From Candidatus Latescibacterota bacterium (lineage in GTDB: Bacteria > Latescibacterota > UBA2968 > UBA8231), in contig OZ241867.1 in assembly GCA_965203175.1 (NCBI GenBank), positions 1,568,001 to 1,632,000 of the forward strand: 64,000 nt of DNA, written 5' to 3'. Positions within the stretch are counted from its first letter, which is position 1. Each line of letters opens with the position of its first letter. Shown here in pieces: positions 63,821 to 64,000 of this stretch. The notes under the pieces were generated by a model that saw nothing but the letters and a program-made list of their open reading frames with translations, made no database searches and had not been told where the DNA came from. Made by a program: the position numbers and the translations under genes.

Positions 63821-64000
63821 CTAGATCGCCCAGTACTTCCACAGGTCCTCTGGCACCTCATAGCGCATAGCTTCGCGCTCGGTGTAGTGCCAGCGGGCGA
63901 AAAGTCCCAGCCGCGGCTTGGAGCGGATGTTGGCCGAGCCGGTGTGGCACAGAAAGCAGTGCCAGAAAATCACGTCTCCGGCCCGCGCCACAAATTGCTC
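63821..64000 (-). CDS. PhyH-family dioxygenase, C-terminal part (runs off window end)
   Basis: Hand translation: EQFVARAGDVIFWHCFLCHTGSANIRSKPRLGLFARW...KYWAI-stop. Confidence 0.75.
   Translation of the reverse strand, partial: EQFVARAGDVIFWHCFLCHTGSANIRSKPRLGLFARWHYTEREAMRYEVPEDLWKYWAI

Overview
GC-rich bacterial chromosome segment with about 50 genes. The many phytanoyl-CoA-dioxygenase (PhyH) paralogues, enolase-superfamily, Gfo/Idh/MocA and GH-like genes, a DUF4159 protein and a 'NYPNPFN' FlgD/T9SS-like C-terminal domain suggest an FCB-group organism such as Ca. Latescibacterota, possibly a marine or sponge-type symbiont (inference). The stand-out locus is 23760-27566. There a candidate ECF-type promoter precedes an ECF sigma factor, which is translationally coupled to a 1054-aa single polypeptide that reads as a miniaturised RpoB-RpoC (beta-beta') fusion. 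This protein keeps both double-psi-barrel catalytic motifs (FEDG/GDK..RHGAKG and DFDGD), the rifampicin region and the sigma-binding clamp helices. It has lost the flap, lobes, Zn-binding domain and trigger loop. Other notable items: a HisG-HisE fusion, an HTH/ImmA-peptidase/HEPN/DUF2188 + GIY-YIG defence-like island, a duplicated TPR-thioredoxin lipoprotein with recombination scars, a DUF4160/DUF2442 TA pair, an HxG-type PhyH (halogenase candidate), a TolC with an extra N-terminal domain, and an rpoZ-like gene. No rRNA, tRNA, CRISPR array or transposase was recognised. All family calls are by-eye motif recognition; no database search was run.
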